Part shown: positions 13,342-26,250 of the stretch, piece by piece
How positions within the stretch are numbered: position 1 is the first letter of the stretch
Layout: each line of letters opens with the position of its first letter
Assembly (NCBI GenBank): GCA_051313645.2
Contig: JBNRSN020000018.1
Location: forward strand, 80,104,001 to 80,168,000
Origin: Centroscyllium fabricii
Lineage: Eukaryota
DNA: 64,000 nt
Direction of reading: 5' to 3'
Made by a program: the position numbers and the translations under genes
Notes under the pieces: model-generated
The model's database searches: none
What the model saw: the letters and a program-made list of their open reading frames with translations, nothing else
What the model was told of the DNA's origin: nothing

Positions 13342-15872
13342 CAGGAAACTTGTGTAAACGGCACCGAAATATCCGGAATTCTCTATTAACCATCAAAATT
13401 CTTGCTCCGAAAACCACACCTCAATAACTGGCAATGTTGCAGAGTCAGAGTCTCCTGCGGTGGCCGAGTTAGTCAATCGGGGTAGTTCTCCAAACTGCCA
13501 CTACTCGGCTTCTTGGCGCTGTCGGAAGTCGGAACATATCAAAAACCCTGTAACAGAAGCCTGACTCTCCCACGCTGCTGGCAGTCTCTTCTGATCCGCC
13601 ATTTTACAGGGGTACAGTACTGTACTGTATCTCTCCCACACTGCTGGTAGTCATTGCATTTTATTATGGAAATCCCAAAAGTTGGTCCAAGCAAAAAAGT
13701 GGTGTTACCTTTAAAACAGAAAAATCGACATATGCCAACAACTAGAAAGAGGTGAGAAGCGTATCAACATTATGAATGAATTCAAAATCGGTTCGTCAAC
13801 AATCTACGACATCAAATCGCAGAAGGAGAAGCTGCTCAAGTTTTATTCAAGCTTGGAGACATCCAAGAGTATAGAGAAACGGCGTGCACTTCATAAGCCT
13901 AAGCTTGAAGAGTTGGATACCGTGCTTTATGAGTGGTTTTCTGCTAAGCATTGAGGGTGTTCCGATTTCCGGACCCATGCTAATCGAAAAAGCAAGGATT
14001 TCTACACAAAGATGGAGCTCACTGACAAGTGTGCTTTCGCCAAGGGATGGCTAACGTGCTTTAAGGTCCGGCACGAGATAAGACAACTCGATATTTCTGG
14101 GGAGAAGAAATCAGCTGATCACGACGCCGCAGAAGAATACTGCGATTATTTCAATCGGATTGTGCAGCAACATGATTTGTCGCCAGCACAGCTCTACAAT
14201 GCCGATGAAACTGGCTTATTTGAGGTTTCTGCCAGAATCAACGCTTGCTGGGGCGAGTGAGGCTAATGCTTTAGGTTACAAGAAAAATAAAGATCGTGTA
14301 ACCGTGCTAACATGTGCAAACGCTGCTGGATCACACCGGGTATAACTTCTTGTCATTGGGAAGTATAAAAATCCCCGTGCATTTTAAAATGTGAGGCACT
14401 TACCTGTTGAGTACAAAGCTCAAAGAAATGCTTGGATGGATAAGGAAATCTTTTCGAATTGGTTCCATCATATTTTTGTTCCATCTGTGAGGGAACATTT
14501 CCATAGAATAGGGAAACCTGAAGATAGCAAATGCATTTTATTGCTTGATAATTGTAGAGCCCATCCACATGAATCCGAGTTGGTTTCAGGAAATATTTTC
14601 ACCATTTATTTGCCACCAAATGTAACTTCTCCATGGACCAGAGCGTTATCCAAAATCTCAAGTGTCATTACAAGAAAGACTTCATACGTAAACTGATAAG
14701 CCAAGATGACAATGTTCACACATTTCAGAAGGAATATAATCTTAAAGATGCCATCTTTAATGCTGCATGTTCCTGGAACTTGGTGAAAGGTCACACTTTG
14801 AGACAAGCCTGGCGCAAATTGTGGCCTTCTGTAATGTGTGCTGAAGGTTCTTCTTCAGAGGAGGAATTTCATGGGTTCAATGTTCATCCCAAGTGGAGTA
14901 CAATAATGGAAATGGCTGGCATGGTGAAAAATGTAGGCCCAGCAAACCCTCTAGGTCAGTGGTCCCCAACCTTTGTGCGTTCGCGGACCGGTGGGGGGGT
15001 TCTGATGGTGATTTTTACGCTCAGCGGGGGGGGGGGGGGGGTGCTGACAACGATTTTCACATAAGCAGCCACTGGCAGTCACTCACTTGCCGATCATTAA
15101 CCGACGTTCCGCGAAAAGGTCGATGCTCAGAACCTCCGCGGACCGGTAAATCTGTCCCTCGGTTGCAGACCGCTGCTCTAGGTCACCTCAGTGAAAGTGA
15201 TATTGAGCAGTGGGTTGATGCAGATAGAGAAGTTGCTGTTGTGCATATGCTAAGTGATGATGAAATAATGGAGAATGTTTTGAATCCAAAGAAAGAAATG
15301 GAAAGAGAGATGGAAATTGAAGAGGATGAGATTTCTGAAGAGAAGAAGATTTCTTGAGCTAAAGCTGCAGACGATTTTGCTTCATTCCTCAAATTTGCTG
15401 AAAGCGATTCTTGCTATTCTGCCCAAAAAGTTATGCACCTCCATATTCTGCATTCCACCTTTCTGCAAAAAAGGCAAGAGTCCACTAAGCAAGCAGACAT
15501 CCTGGTCATGTTTAAGAAAGCTTCCAAAAGAGTTGAAGCAGTGGAAGTGCCTGAAGAATCTGTTGAAGTGCATGATCCTGATGTTATACTGCACTGTACA
15601 GTCATTTAATTACTTAACAGTAAACCAAAACTTAAGAGTTATGGATTACCCTCAACTGGCAGTACTGTACTTAATCAAGCATCTTCCACCATCCATTTAA
15701 CACAACATTCTGTAGGGGAGTACCCAATTACTGTATACTGCACATTTCTTGATTTTGTTTATTTTTCTTTGTTAAAAATAGCCTCGGTAGATAACCCTCT
15801 CCGTTATCCAGAAATTGAGATAAACCGGCAACACGCCAGTCCCATCAGTGCCGGATAAAAAAGAGTTTCCTG
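13342..15872 (+). mobile_element. Tigger/pogo (Tc1-mariner) transposon nested in the hAT, transposase decayed
   Basis: TIR CAGGAAACT...AGTTTCCTG with TA at 13340-41 and 15873-74; [51 protein letters not shown]; stops and frameshifts. Confidence 0.92.
14957..15175. mobile_element. Charlie-type hAT MITE nested in the Tigger element
   Basis: TIR CAGTGGTCCCCAACC / GGTTGCAGACCGCTG; perfect 8-bp TSD CTCTAGGT at 14949-14956 and 15176-15183. Confidence 0.88.
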
Positions 15873-17236
15873 TACCTGTTTTCCCCAGACATACTTAACA
15901 ATTTGCTTGGCTCTCTTGTACAGTGTTACCATGGTTCTAAAACCCACAATGTCCTGGAGGAGCAGGTTGAGCCCATGAGCTGCGCACCCAATAGACGTAA
16001 TATTAAGGTAGGCCTCCTCCACTTGAGCCAAGGAGCCTTCATATTCGCAGCATGGTCAGTAACTACTGCAAAGACCTTTTGTGATCAAAGATCGTTGATG
16101 ACTGCTTTCAGCTCATCAGCAATGATTGTGCCTGTGTGTCTGTTGTCCTTCATGTCTGTACTCTTGAAGAACACTGGGAGAGGAGTGGAAACGATGACGT
16201 TTATGATGCCCTCCCCTCATACATTTGACCACCCATCGGAGATAACTGCAATACAGTCTGCCATCTCTATCATTTCTTTGAGCTTTCCTTGGATTCTGTT
16301 ATACGCAGCCTGCAACAAATAAGTAGACAAAGTATGTCTGGTGGGAGGACGGTATGCAGGGTGAATAACATTGAAAAATCTCTTCCAATACATATTGGCT
16401 GTGAGCATGAGGGGTGAGCCTGTCACAAATACAGCTCGAGCAAGGCACTCATCTGCATTCTTCTGGCTATGGTTATCCATTGTATCAAAGAACCTTCCAA
16501 GTGGGCCAGGAGTTGCTGATGATAAGGAGCCTGATGCTGAATGTGAACAATCATCTTCTTGAATGGAAGCAGAGGAACTCTGGGCTGACTGCTGTGAGCT
16601 TTGAGTAAAGTTGTTGCATTTGGATAAATGCTGCTGCATCTTTGTGACATTCTTTACATATGGCTTTGTACAATGTTTGCACATGTGCACAGTCTTTCCA
16701 TCTTTAATGCCTGGGGTAAAATGCTTCCGCACATCTGACGGTAAATGTGGCATTGTTCTATGCAGAGAAATAAAGGGCATTCATCTCTGTGTCGAACTGC
16801 GGTCAATCAGCACGATTGCAACAAGGGGAGTAAATTTTTCCTGATGCTCCATGTGATGGAAGCATGACCTATGCACGCACGACGCCACATCACCAATAGA
16901 GGGAGCTAATCGCTCATCCAACCAATCAGGACACACTTGTTCACAGTCACACACAAAACTTGTAATTATTAAAAGAAGATAAACATATATTGATTAAGAA
17001 ATTCCTTAATAATTAAGATTCCATCTCTGTTAGTAATTTTAAGAGAGGACCTGTGGAAAAAATGAAAGAAATACAAAAAACACAACATTATGCTAGCATA
17101 TGCTTTTTTGGGCAAAATTCCCCAAGCTAAACTTCCCGTGGAAAATTTCCACCCCTTCGCAACCCTAATCAGCTTTATCTGCTTTTTTTGTACAAAATAA
17201 ATTTATATGATGGAGTTAAAATTTTCAAATGCTTTA

Positions 17237-17790
17237 CAACAACAACTTGTATTTATATAGCACCTTTAACATAGTAAAAAGTCCCAGGGCGCTTCACAGG
17301 AGTATTAAAAGAAAAAATGTCACTGAGCCACAAAGCGAAATTCAGGCAGGGGACCAAAATCTTGGTCCACGAGGTAGGTTTTACAGAGCATCTTAAAAGG
17401 AGGAAAGAGAGGCAGCAAGGCGGAGGGGTTTAGGCAGGGAATTCCAGAGCTGAGGGCCAAGGCAACAGAAGGCACGGCCACCAATGGTTGAGCGATTATA
17501 AATCGGGGATGCTCAAGAGGGTTGAATTAGAGGAGCACAGATATCTCTGTGGGGCTCGAGGAGATTACAGAGAGAGAGGGGCGAGGCCATTGAGGGATTT
17601 GAAAAGAAGGATGAACATTTTGAAAGCGAGGCGTTGCTCAACAGGGAGCCAATGTAGGTCAGCGAGCACAGAGGTGATGGGTGAATGGGACTTGGTGCGT
17701 GTTAGGACATGGGCAACCAAATTTTGGATGATCTCAAGTTTACGTAGGATATAATGTGGGAGGCCAGACAGGAGTGCATTGAAATAGTCG
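17237..17790 (-). mobile_element. L2-clade LINE 3' fragment
   Basis: Minus strand encodes a VLTRTKSHSPIT.VLADLHWLPV-like C-terminus; tail AAAGGTGCTATATAAATACAAGTTGTTGTT. Confidence 0.8.
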
Positions 17791-18257
17791 TCTTTATTGA
17801 TGTAATTTATTGATCTGGTACCTATTCATTGCACTAAGTGTAATATGCAGTGGCACTTCATGAGTAGGTAGGAGTAATCGTCATTGTGATACATGTCATG
17901 TTGCCCTGTGTGTGTAGAGGTTCAGGTGACCAGGTGCAAATTGATCATAAGGATGCGATTTTGGTAGGCGCTTTATTTTGTTCGGCTTTATTGACCTTGT
18001 AGTTGTACAAGTTTTGTTGTGGGTTTGAAGTGAATTTAGGTTCTGCCAATATGCAAAATATACAGAGGTTGTAATTACAAAGGGAGATTCCGTGGATTGC
18101 AGTTTAGCACTCACCAAAAGTGAAACGAGTCAAGACACTTAAAAAAAATTTAAAAAAATACTAGATGAAGGGCCCGCAAGAACACAGTCGAGATTCTTAC
18201 GTAGCAGAAAACAATGCATCAACCAGTGCATTAGTGGCTACACAAGTTGTATAAATA

Positions 18258-18973
18258 CAGGTACACAACCCTTTATCCGAAAACCTCGGGACCGGGCGGG
18301 TCTCAGTTTTCAGATAAATACGGTTTTTAGAGTTGGCCCCAGTGCGTATGCGCATTTCCGTGTTTGCGGCCCGCTCGCAGTCGGGGAACGGCATATCGGC
18401 CGTTTGGAGCGGGAGATCGGCCGTTTATTTAGGACACTTTGCACCTTGGTGTTGGAGACCTGTTTTGTTTTCTACACAGCCTGTGTGATAGGTTTTTAAA
18501 AATCAGAATACAGACACAAAGTCAGTCAAGCAGCAGAAGGCTACAAAGGGACTGAACCACTGTCCTGGCAGTAAAACAGGGTATGGACAGACTGCTTTTA
18601 AATTGAGTTAGACGATCTACCGTAGTAGGTTAGCGCTAATGTGTTTATTTTTGTACCGATCGAATGAAGCGACGCTGATTAATCTCAAATTGTTTTGCCC
18701 ACTGTGAAATAACGCAGTTTACAATTCAAACCTAACTTTATTTCATCCAGTGTTAACTCGGTTTACTTTGAGAGATTGAAGGAGTAGACATGCATAAAAC
18801 ACAGAGATTCAATCCAGATCTGAGGGGAATAAACAGCACGGCATTGATGTAAAAACATATTTTTTCTGCTGCAGCTGGTCACTTCCTTCAATTTATTTAC
18901 GAAAATAAATGGTTATTTTGGTGCAACTCGGGATTTCGGTTTTTGGAGGTGCGGATAAGGGATTGTGTACCTG
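18258..18973. mobile_element. Tigger-like MITE
   Basis: TIRs CAGGTACACAACCCTTTATCCG / CGGATAAGGGATTGTGTACCTG; TA on both flanks. Confidence 0.85.
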
Positions 18974-19842
18974 TATTAATGTCAACAAGATTCTGGCAAT
19001 TTTGTTTATGTGACAATATTAGCTTTCAAAATCAAATGGATCCTTTGGCGTTTTAAAAGTTGTACTTCGACTCATTTTCCAGTGACTAACTTTTTCATTT
19101 AACACGTGCCATTCTACATGGCAACATGGATCAGAAACCAAGGCTAATTTTACAAGGAAAAGAAAAGTCTTGATGAAAATAGGCCTAAAAAAAAAAGTAT
19201 TTTTGTCTGTGGCATGGAATTTGCTGCAACGACTTCCTCGCTGTAGTACTATGTGAAGACCCTCAGAAGCACATGAAAAGAGCTGGTCATAGCCTGCATT
19301 ACACAGACCTTTAATTGGAGGTTTCCAAAATCAAATGTGACCGTGAGGCTTAAAATTTGATATTAATTACAATGGCCCAGATAAGATGAACTACTCTGCT
19401 ATCTTTAAGCTGAAGTTCTTAAGAACTGCTGTTCGGGGAACACATGACATTATGAATGAATCTAACCTGAAACTGCCAAAGGGAGAAGCACATCCTTATA
19501 TAACCAAGATTTAATATAGTCCAGAGAAATAAAAAGTGAAGTTAGAAAAGTTGTTGGAAAAAGAGACTGCTGTTACAGGGACTCAAGATAAAAACTTTTG
19601 GAAGAACAATTACTACCAGAAAGCCAGAGTATTTAAATTTATGAACAGGAATATGGTGTGTGTGCATACTTGTACAACAGTGGGTCCAGCACAGTTACCT
19701 GACCATCAGGAGGTGACTAGGTTCAAGGACACAGCAATGAAATATGAAATAATCAATCTTCACATCAGTTAATAACATGGACTAAATACTTTGGCACATC
19801 AGAAAACAGCACCTCTGATCAGGAACAGGGAACCACCTATGT

Positions 19843-20105
19843 TGTCCAAAGATGTGCGGGTTAGGTTGATAGGGTCAATTTATCATGGCCATACTGTTAC
19901 CGGATTGAATATGTGGGGTTACGGGGATAGGGTGGGATATGTGTCGGTGCAGGCTCGATGGGGATCGAGGGATAAGGGGGGGGGGAGAGGCAGGGGGGGG
20001 GGGGTTTACAGAGTTTGGATGATCAGCCATGATCTTATTCAATGGCGGAGCAGGCTCGAGGGGCCGAATGGCCTACTCCTGCTCCTATCTTCTATGTTTC
20101 TATGT
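19843..20105 (+). mobile_element. 5'-truncated V-SINE (HE1-like)
   Basis: TCCAAAGATGTGCGGGTTAGG through the CR1-type tail, same as 7590-7845. Confidence 0.82.
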
Positions 20106-22692
20106 TAGGAGTAATAATTGGCTACAAACAGGCCAACTTTATCTTTTGGATGATGTTAAACCTCTCCAGTGAGCAGAAACAATCCCACAGCACTATTCAA
20201 CGGGGAGTTTTCCCGAGTGGCCTGGGCAACATTTATCCCTCAATCAACATCATTAAAAGAGTTTAATTGGTCATTTATCGCAGTGCTGTTTGTGATACAT
20301 TGCTGAGCATAACTCGGTGCTACATTTCCTTACATTACAACAGTGACTGCACTTCAAAAGCACTTCATTGGCTGCGAAGCACTATACAAATGCAAGCTCG
20401 CTCTTGCGATGATATCGGCATGAACAGCTAACAGTAATTAGTTATTTTTAAAATGGAAGATTGCACATGAAAAATTATTCTCCTGGGGTCATTGTAAAAT
20501 ACCATGCAAAAAGCTGAATAATTAGACACTGGCTAACTGGGCTGAGGAGGGCAAGAGAATTATTCAAATCACAGAGCTTTTAGCACAGAGCTTTTAGCAC
20601 AGAGCTCTATGCAAGCCAACACGCTACACAATGCTAAAACTGTTGACAGTGAACCAAGACAGCACTAGGTTCAGACTCCATGTAATGTAGCAAACTTCTT
20701 GAGCAGCGATATAGAAACAGGGATTCACAAAGGTTGGAATTACAGAGAAACCACTAAATCTGCCTCAATGAAGACTTTCCAAAGGAGACATCAAAGTTTC
20801 TGTGTAGAGGATTCTACAAGAGTGAGCAGTGCTCTGCTCCAGACTAGATTGAGTCGTTCCATTCAGACAGTGGCAATGAGCTCCTTGGCACTGGTCCTGT
20901 TCAGTTAACACGCCAATACCTTTTTGGGGAGAAACCCTGGTAAAGGTCTGAAGCCTGCAGATCAGGACACAATCAAGGTTGAAAACAGCAGGACACAAAG
21001 GGGTAGGGTAAATCAGGTAGAGATTAGAAGACAAAAATCTGGGTTTAGATTATAGAAAATGAGTTCCACAGTTGAGGTACCTGTACTGGAAAGTGTGAAG
21101 AACAAAAGAGAAGGCAAAAAAAGAGATTGGATAAAGTTAGAGAGTGATTGCAAGAATAAGACAATGTTACCAAGTGATTCATAAAGCTCGACCACACACT
21201 GACTGCTGGCCCCACACTGCAAATTTTATTTTTGTATTTCAGGCTCAATGCAATATTTTACATTTTGGTTAACAGCTATGATTTGCTTTGCATACCAAAA
21301 CAAGAATGGGAAGAGACAGGCTGTTTTAATAGCAGCATTAAAAGGTTAACATTAGTTTTAAAATACTGTAAACAAAATTAGAGAAACTAGACTGGTATGT
21401 CCAAAAATTGTACTAAGTGAAGCAGATGGCAGAAGAACATTTGGGATTACATAGGAGTGCAACGTGTAGCAATGGCTGATCTGACTACAGAGAACTTCTA
21501 GGACATCTGTCTTGTCATTTTTAATCAGGGTCAGCCACATATCCAAAAACAGCATTAAAATCATACTGATAAAGCACATCCAATGCTCTGATCCAATGTA
21601 TGATGCAATTATAACAGATTATGCCTTTCCACCTCCTCCTCTTATGACCCTCCTTAAAACCCATCTCTTTGCAAAAGCCTTTGATCATCTCTCCTGCTAG
21701 CTCCATTCCACCACCTCCCTCCCATTATGCTGCTGTCAAGTGCCTTGCGACGTTTTTATACATTAATGCATCGTATAAACATGTTATGTCTGCACGCACT
21801 TCCTGTCAACTTTCCATTATAAATTACTACATCCACAATGAAGATGGAAACTTCCTATGTAAACCTGTCATTCTGTAATTACATCCTCCGCCAGTGCAAG
21901 CACAGCAGCACCACCACTGGCAGAAGACTGGAGTAACAGTGTGACACGTTTACACAAGATCTTCCATTATAAATATGAACAAGGAATTTATAATGGAGAT
22001 ATAAAAATAAGAGCAGAATATATGACTAAAATAGGGATGCACTGGTCCTATTATAACCTACCATCTAATTCCACTTCATCTGAAGACGATACTTGGTCTC
22101 AACTCCCCATGTACAATGCTATGGGAGATCGGCTAATATAATCAGTTTTGACATATTAAGCGTGTGTTTCCTACTACACACAACTGATTGCAACATTAAC
22201 TTGCGATAACATTGTTTGAGATCAGTGGTTTGTGATTCCCTGCTAAACCCATAGTTGCAGGTCAGTTATTTACAAAGAGCTCTTATGTTACTGATCAAGT
22301 CTCCTGGATATAAGGCTCCATCTGCAAGAAGTGCATTTACCTCCTCCTAAACTGCTGGATCACTGCTAATAATGGACATTTAATCCTTGAAAAGTCTCAC
22401 CCATTAAGGATTATGTTGCCTCCACAATTTCTCCAATCCACAAATGAGAAACCTTGAGCACATCATGAGAGAGGGTTTTTTTTTGCATAAGTTTACACTT
22501 TTTCTCAGGACATGGTTTGATACACGTTACAATACAGATTTCACAATACATGCAGGTACATATATTGAGTCATAAATAGTTCTATACAATAGTGAGTGAA
22601 GTATAGTGACAGAATTAGGATCTCGCCTCAGGATTCAGGAGTGGAGTTACTGACAGAGGGTTGGGGGGAAAGAGAAAAGAGTGATAGACTTT

Positions 22693-23122
22693 ATTCAATT
22701 CAAGTTTTATTGTCATTGCAGAGTACTAGTACAATACAATGAGACGAAGACTCGACTCTCCCGAGAGTAGTGTAAACAAAATAAATAAATTACAAAAATA
22801 AATTGCATACAGTAAAGTTCATTATCAGGCGTGCAGGTACCGGAGTTTCTTTTTAGAGTTCAGGAGGCTGACAGCCCTGGGGAAGAAGCTGTTCTGAAAT
22901 CTAGTCGTGCGGGTGCAAATTGCTCTGTAGCGTCTCCCGGAGGGCAGAGGGGCGAACAGACTGTGGCTGGGGTGTGTGGGGTCTTTTATAATGTTCATAG
23001 ACCTCCGTAAGCAGCGTTTGAGGTAGATGCTTTCCACTGACGGTAGCTGTGTACCGGTAATTCGTTGGGCAGTTTTGACTACCCGCTGCAGGGTTTTCCG
23101 GTCCGAGATAGTGCAATTACCA
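22693..23122 (-). mobile_element. Rex1/Babar LINE 3' fragment
   Basis: LQRVVKTAQRITG...IIKDPTHPSHSLFAPLPSGRRYRAI..RTTRFQNSFFPRAVSLLN; AATAAAACTTGAATTGAA tail. Confidence 0.82.
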
Positions 23123-24028
23123 TGTCAGGCAAGATGCTGAGGTACCATTACAATATAGACTTACAGATTACAGTAATGCTTTGTATAAAAAGCAAAAACA
23201 AATCTGGTAAGGACTGTCTGTATAATGACCCGGTTAACTCCAGTCCCCGCGTGAATTAAACATTCCACTAGCACAGATGCCAGCAGTTCAATCAATTGCC
23301 TGTCAGCCTTCTTGCTTTAGCTGGTTCCTGACACTGCGACCAAATTAACGAGCTTGCCACAACTAAAAAAGTATCACAGAACATGTAGAAAACCACCCAG
23401 CACATCAGATCTGGCGGATGTTTCTGTCCCCAAACCCATCGTATAGCACCAGTGGTGCATTGGTCAACACTTGCCCAGCACTGAAAACGATTTTAAATGA
23501 TCAAACAGCAATACAATGCTAACCTTCACTTGTCACGTCCAACACCGTCTCAACAACGTTTTCTTACCCCAACAAAAATAACAAGCTGCCCGCCGTTTTT
23601 CATCCCCGCAACAAAATGCCGATGAAGAGGATTTTGCCCCGCGTTCCCCCGGGGCTGCAGTTACTGAGGGAGACAGGCCATTCGGCCCAGCGGCTCTGTG
23701 ACAGCTCCACGCCAGCCTCCCTCCCTCCCTCCCACACGACTTCACCCAACCCCAGCAACATGCACGATGGCCCGAATGGCCTCCTTCGGTGCTGGCTCGC
23801 TCTTCCGAGTCCTTTCTCCCCTCACGTACTTGTCCAGCTTCCCATTAATGACATGACAATGATAAACATTCCCCTTCGCCCACACCCCGGCCCTTTGGCC
23901 TCGTTAAAAGTAAATCCAAATTCAACCAACGCCATCCACTCAGCTCGAATAATACTTTGGAATAATATTTGGTCATATACTTCGGAATAATATTTAAAAG
24001 TTGAATATGAAAATCGACACCAGCGTAC

Positions 24029-24302
24029 CTTCAAACTCTTCGTCGTCCTCCTCCTCCTCCTCCTCCTCTTCCCCGTTCTCCGAGTCGGTTTGCATGGGTT
24101 CATCGGCGAAGTTGACCGCCTTGGTGGCTCGGCAAGCCCCGCCGCCGCTCCTCTCATTGCCGAAAGCCACCTTCTGGCTCGCCTGCAGTTTGTTGAAGTA
24201 TTGCACGGCGAACTCCACCAGGTCGGCCGGCTGCTTCCTCAGCACCTCCACAGTGAAGCTTTGCAGCAAGTCCGTCAACCCAGCCGGGATTTTAATGCTC
24301 AT
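24029..24302 (-). CDS. PRKAR2B: cAMP-dependent protein kinase type II-beta regulatory subunit, coding exon 1 (D/D domain and acidic linker)
   Basis: [39 protein letters not shown]...[15 protein letters not shown] resembles RII-beta ([32 protein letters not shown]...KGVNFAEEPMQSDSE) more than RII-alpha; ATG at 24302; phase-1 donor G|GTACGC at 24028. Confidence 0.88.
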
Positions 24303-24720
24303 TCCTATGCTGTGAGGCACAGGGAATTCCTCTAAAATACAACGCGGGCGGGTGTCAATAGAAAGCAACAGTAACTTATTCCTGAGACAGCCGCAAATGG
24401 TCACCGCACATGGAAACTCTCGCAAATCCCCAGTTTATCCCTTGTTGCGGAGGGATGCCGCTTTGCTGAATTAAAGTGCCATGGTACTTTCCTTCTGATC
24501 CTCACCCAGTTTTCAACGGCAGAGGATAATTCGCAGGAGCCACCCCGCTCACCGACTCCCAACTACACGTGATCCCAGAAACCATGGGAACCGCCAGGGC
24601 CGGGAATTTACGTCGGTGAAACAAAAATGACAGCGCAGACAGGCTGCTTAAAAGGGCGATGCTGCCCGCTGCAGAGGCCCGCAGTGTTGGCCAAGACAGC
24701 ACAGCCCTGAGAGCCATGTG
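24303..24720 (-). promoter_or_regulatory. Probable PRKAR2B 5' UTR/promoter, CpG-enriched
   Basis: CpG-rich, repeat-free stretch directly upstream of the ATG; CACGTG E-box at about 24566-24571; TSS not determinable. Confidence 0.45.
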
Positions 24721-24876
24721 TCAGTGGGTAAAACAAAATAAGCCCAACAATGCAAACGTTTCAGAATGCCAAACAACAGCTTGGATTTATATAGCGCCTC
24801 TAAGGTACTAAAACGTCCCAAAGGCGCTTCACAGGAGATTATTAAACAAAATTTGACACCAATCCACATAAGGAGA

Positions 24877-25305
24877 TGGAACTCGAGGAACAACACCTCA
24901 TCTTCCGATTAGGCACTTTACAGCCCTCCGGACTCAATATCGAGTTCAACAATTTCAGATCATAACTTCGACCCCCAGTATATATTTACCCACACCTTTT
25001 ATTTGGCCTTTCTTTTCTCTATCGTGGGAGCCGCCTCCTATTCTGCCAGGGTTTTTCCACACCTAATCTACAGCTGTCTCCTGTCCACAGCCTCATCAGC
25101 ATCTCGTCTCATTTTGAACACCTCTCAAAGTCTTTTCTCTTTGTGCTCTCTTCTCTTTGTTCCCTCCCAACTCCCCACCCCCCCCACCACCCCACCCGCC
25201 TTCCTGCTTGTTTCATTCCCCAGCTTTCATCCTGACAAAGGGTCCCAACCCGAAACGTCGACTCTATATTTCCTGGCCTGCTGAGTTTTTCCAGCATTTT
25301 CTGTT
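24877..25305 (+). mobile_element. Penelope-like 3' fragment (second family) with decayed hammerhead
   Basis: LEEQHLIFRLGTLQPSGLNIEFNNFR; CTGACAAAGGGTCCCAACCCGAAACGTCGAC at 25232-25262. Confidence 0.78.
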
Positions 25306-25539
25306 GTTCTTAGAAAGATGTTAGGGCAGGCGACCAAAAGCTTGGTCAAAGAGGTAGGTTTTAAGGAGCGTCTTAAAGGAGGAAAGAGAGGTAGAGACGT
25401 TTCGGGAGGGAATTCCAGCGCTCAGAGCCTTGGCAGTTGAAGGCACGGCCACCAATGGTGGAGCGATTGAAATCGGGGATGCTCAAAGGCCAGAATTAGG
25501 GGCGTGCAGATATCTCGGAGGGTGTGGGGCTGTAGTGTC

Positions 25540-25675
25540 AGCTGTGACTCAGTTGGTAGCACTCTTGCCTCTGAGCTGGAAGGTTGTGGGTTCAAGTCCC
25601 ACTCCAGAGATTGATAACAAAAATCTAGGCTGATACTCCAGTGCAGTACTGAGGGAGTGCTGCACTATTGGAGGT

Positions 25676-25706
<31 letters not shown>

Positions 25707-26250
25707 CCCCGTCTACTCTCTCAGGTGGATGTAAAAGATCTCAGGGCACTATTTTGAAGAAGAGTAGAGGAGTGGACGACATGGTGGCGCAGTGGTTAGC
25801 ACTGCTGCCTCGCAATAAGGAGCTCCTGGGTTCGAATCCTGCTTGGCCTGGGACCTCTCTGCGTGGAGTTTGCATGTTTTCCCCGTGTTCGTGTGGGTTT
25901 TCTCCGGGTACTCCGGTTTCCTCCCACCACCCAAAGACATGCAGGTTAGGTGAATTGGAGATACTAAAATTGCCCATGAGTATGTGAGTGAGATATAGTT
26001 CTTAGAGTTGGGGGTGTCGGGGGATATGGGGAGAGGGTAGGAGGGGGGTGCTGGGTTTGGATGATCAGCCATGATCTCATCAAAATGGCGGAGCAGGCTC
26101 GAAGGGCTGAATGGCCTACTCCTGCTCCTATCTTCTGTGTATGTCTGTGTCTGAGTTATCCCCGGTGTCCTGTACTTCATTTGCTGTAAAGCACTTTGGG
26201 GTGTCCTGAGGTCATGAAAGGCATTATATAAATGCAAATTTTTCTTTTTC
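25540..26250 (+). mobile_element. tRNA-headed Deu-domain SINE (SacSINE1-like) with a V-SINE inserted at ~25780-26150
   Basis: A/B boxes TGACTCAGTTGG / GGTTCAAGTCC; Deu-like GGAGGTGCCGTCTTTCAGATGAGACGATAAACC; L2-type tail; internal V-domain SINE. Confidence 0.75.

Larger units (their letters stand above)
12121..17167 (-). mobile_element. hAT DNA transposon with decayed BED-finger transposase
   Basis: TIR TAGGGTTGC at both ends; 8-bp TSD ATCAGCAT/ATCAGCTT; BED finger CKHC..MQQHLSKC, ISDGWSNV, CAAHGLNLL, TRWGG, C-terminal PSSAASERNWSLFG; frameshifts. Confidence 0.92.

Noticed and set aside
12422-16780. Domesticated ZBED or TIGD/JRKL host genes
   Set aside because: Both transposase frames have stops and frameshifts and still have TIRs and TSDs.
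19020-19800. Very old hAT transposase remnant (BED-like fragment)
   Set aside because: Too decayed to define boundaries or to support beyond faint motif resemblance.
20571-20608. 14-bp tandem repeat ACAGAGCTTTTAGC
   Set aside because: Simple slippage duplication with no further structure.
1-24028. PRKAR2B exon 2 (short exon with the RRxS inhibitor site)
   Set aside because: Not found by eye; probably beyond the left edge, although a 36-bp exon could be missed.
24303-24425. 41-aa N-terminal extension of PRKAR2B in the ORF track
   Set aside because: It starts at a non-ATG codon, and homology begins at MSIKIP.
25232-25262. Active hammerhead ribozymes of the second Penelope family (also ~27440-27476)
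   Set aside because: The core reads CTGACAA rather than CTGANGA and the stems are damaged.
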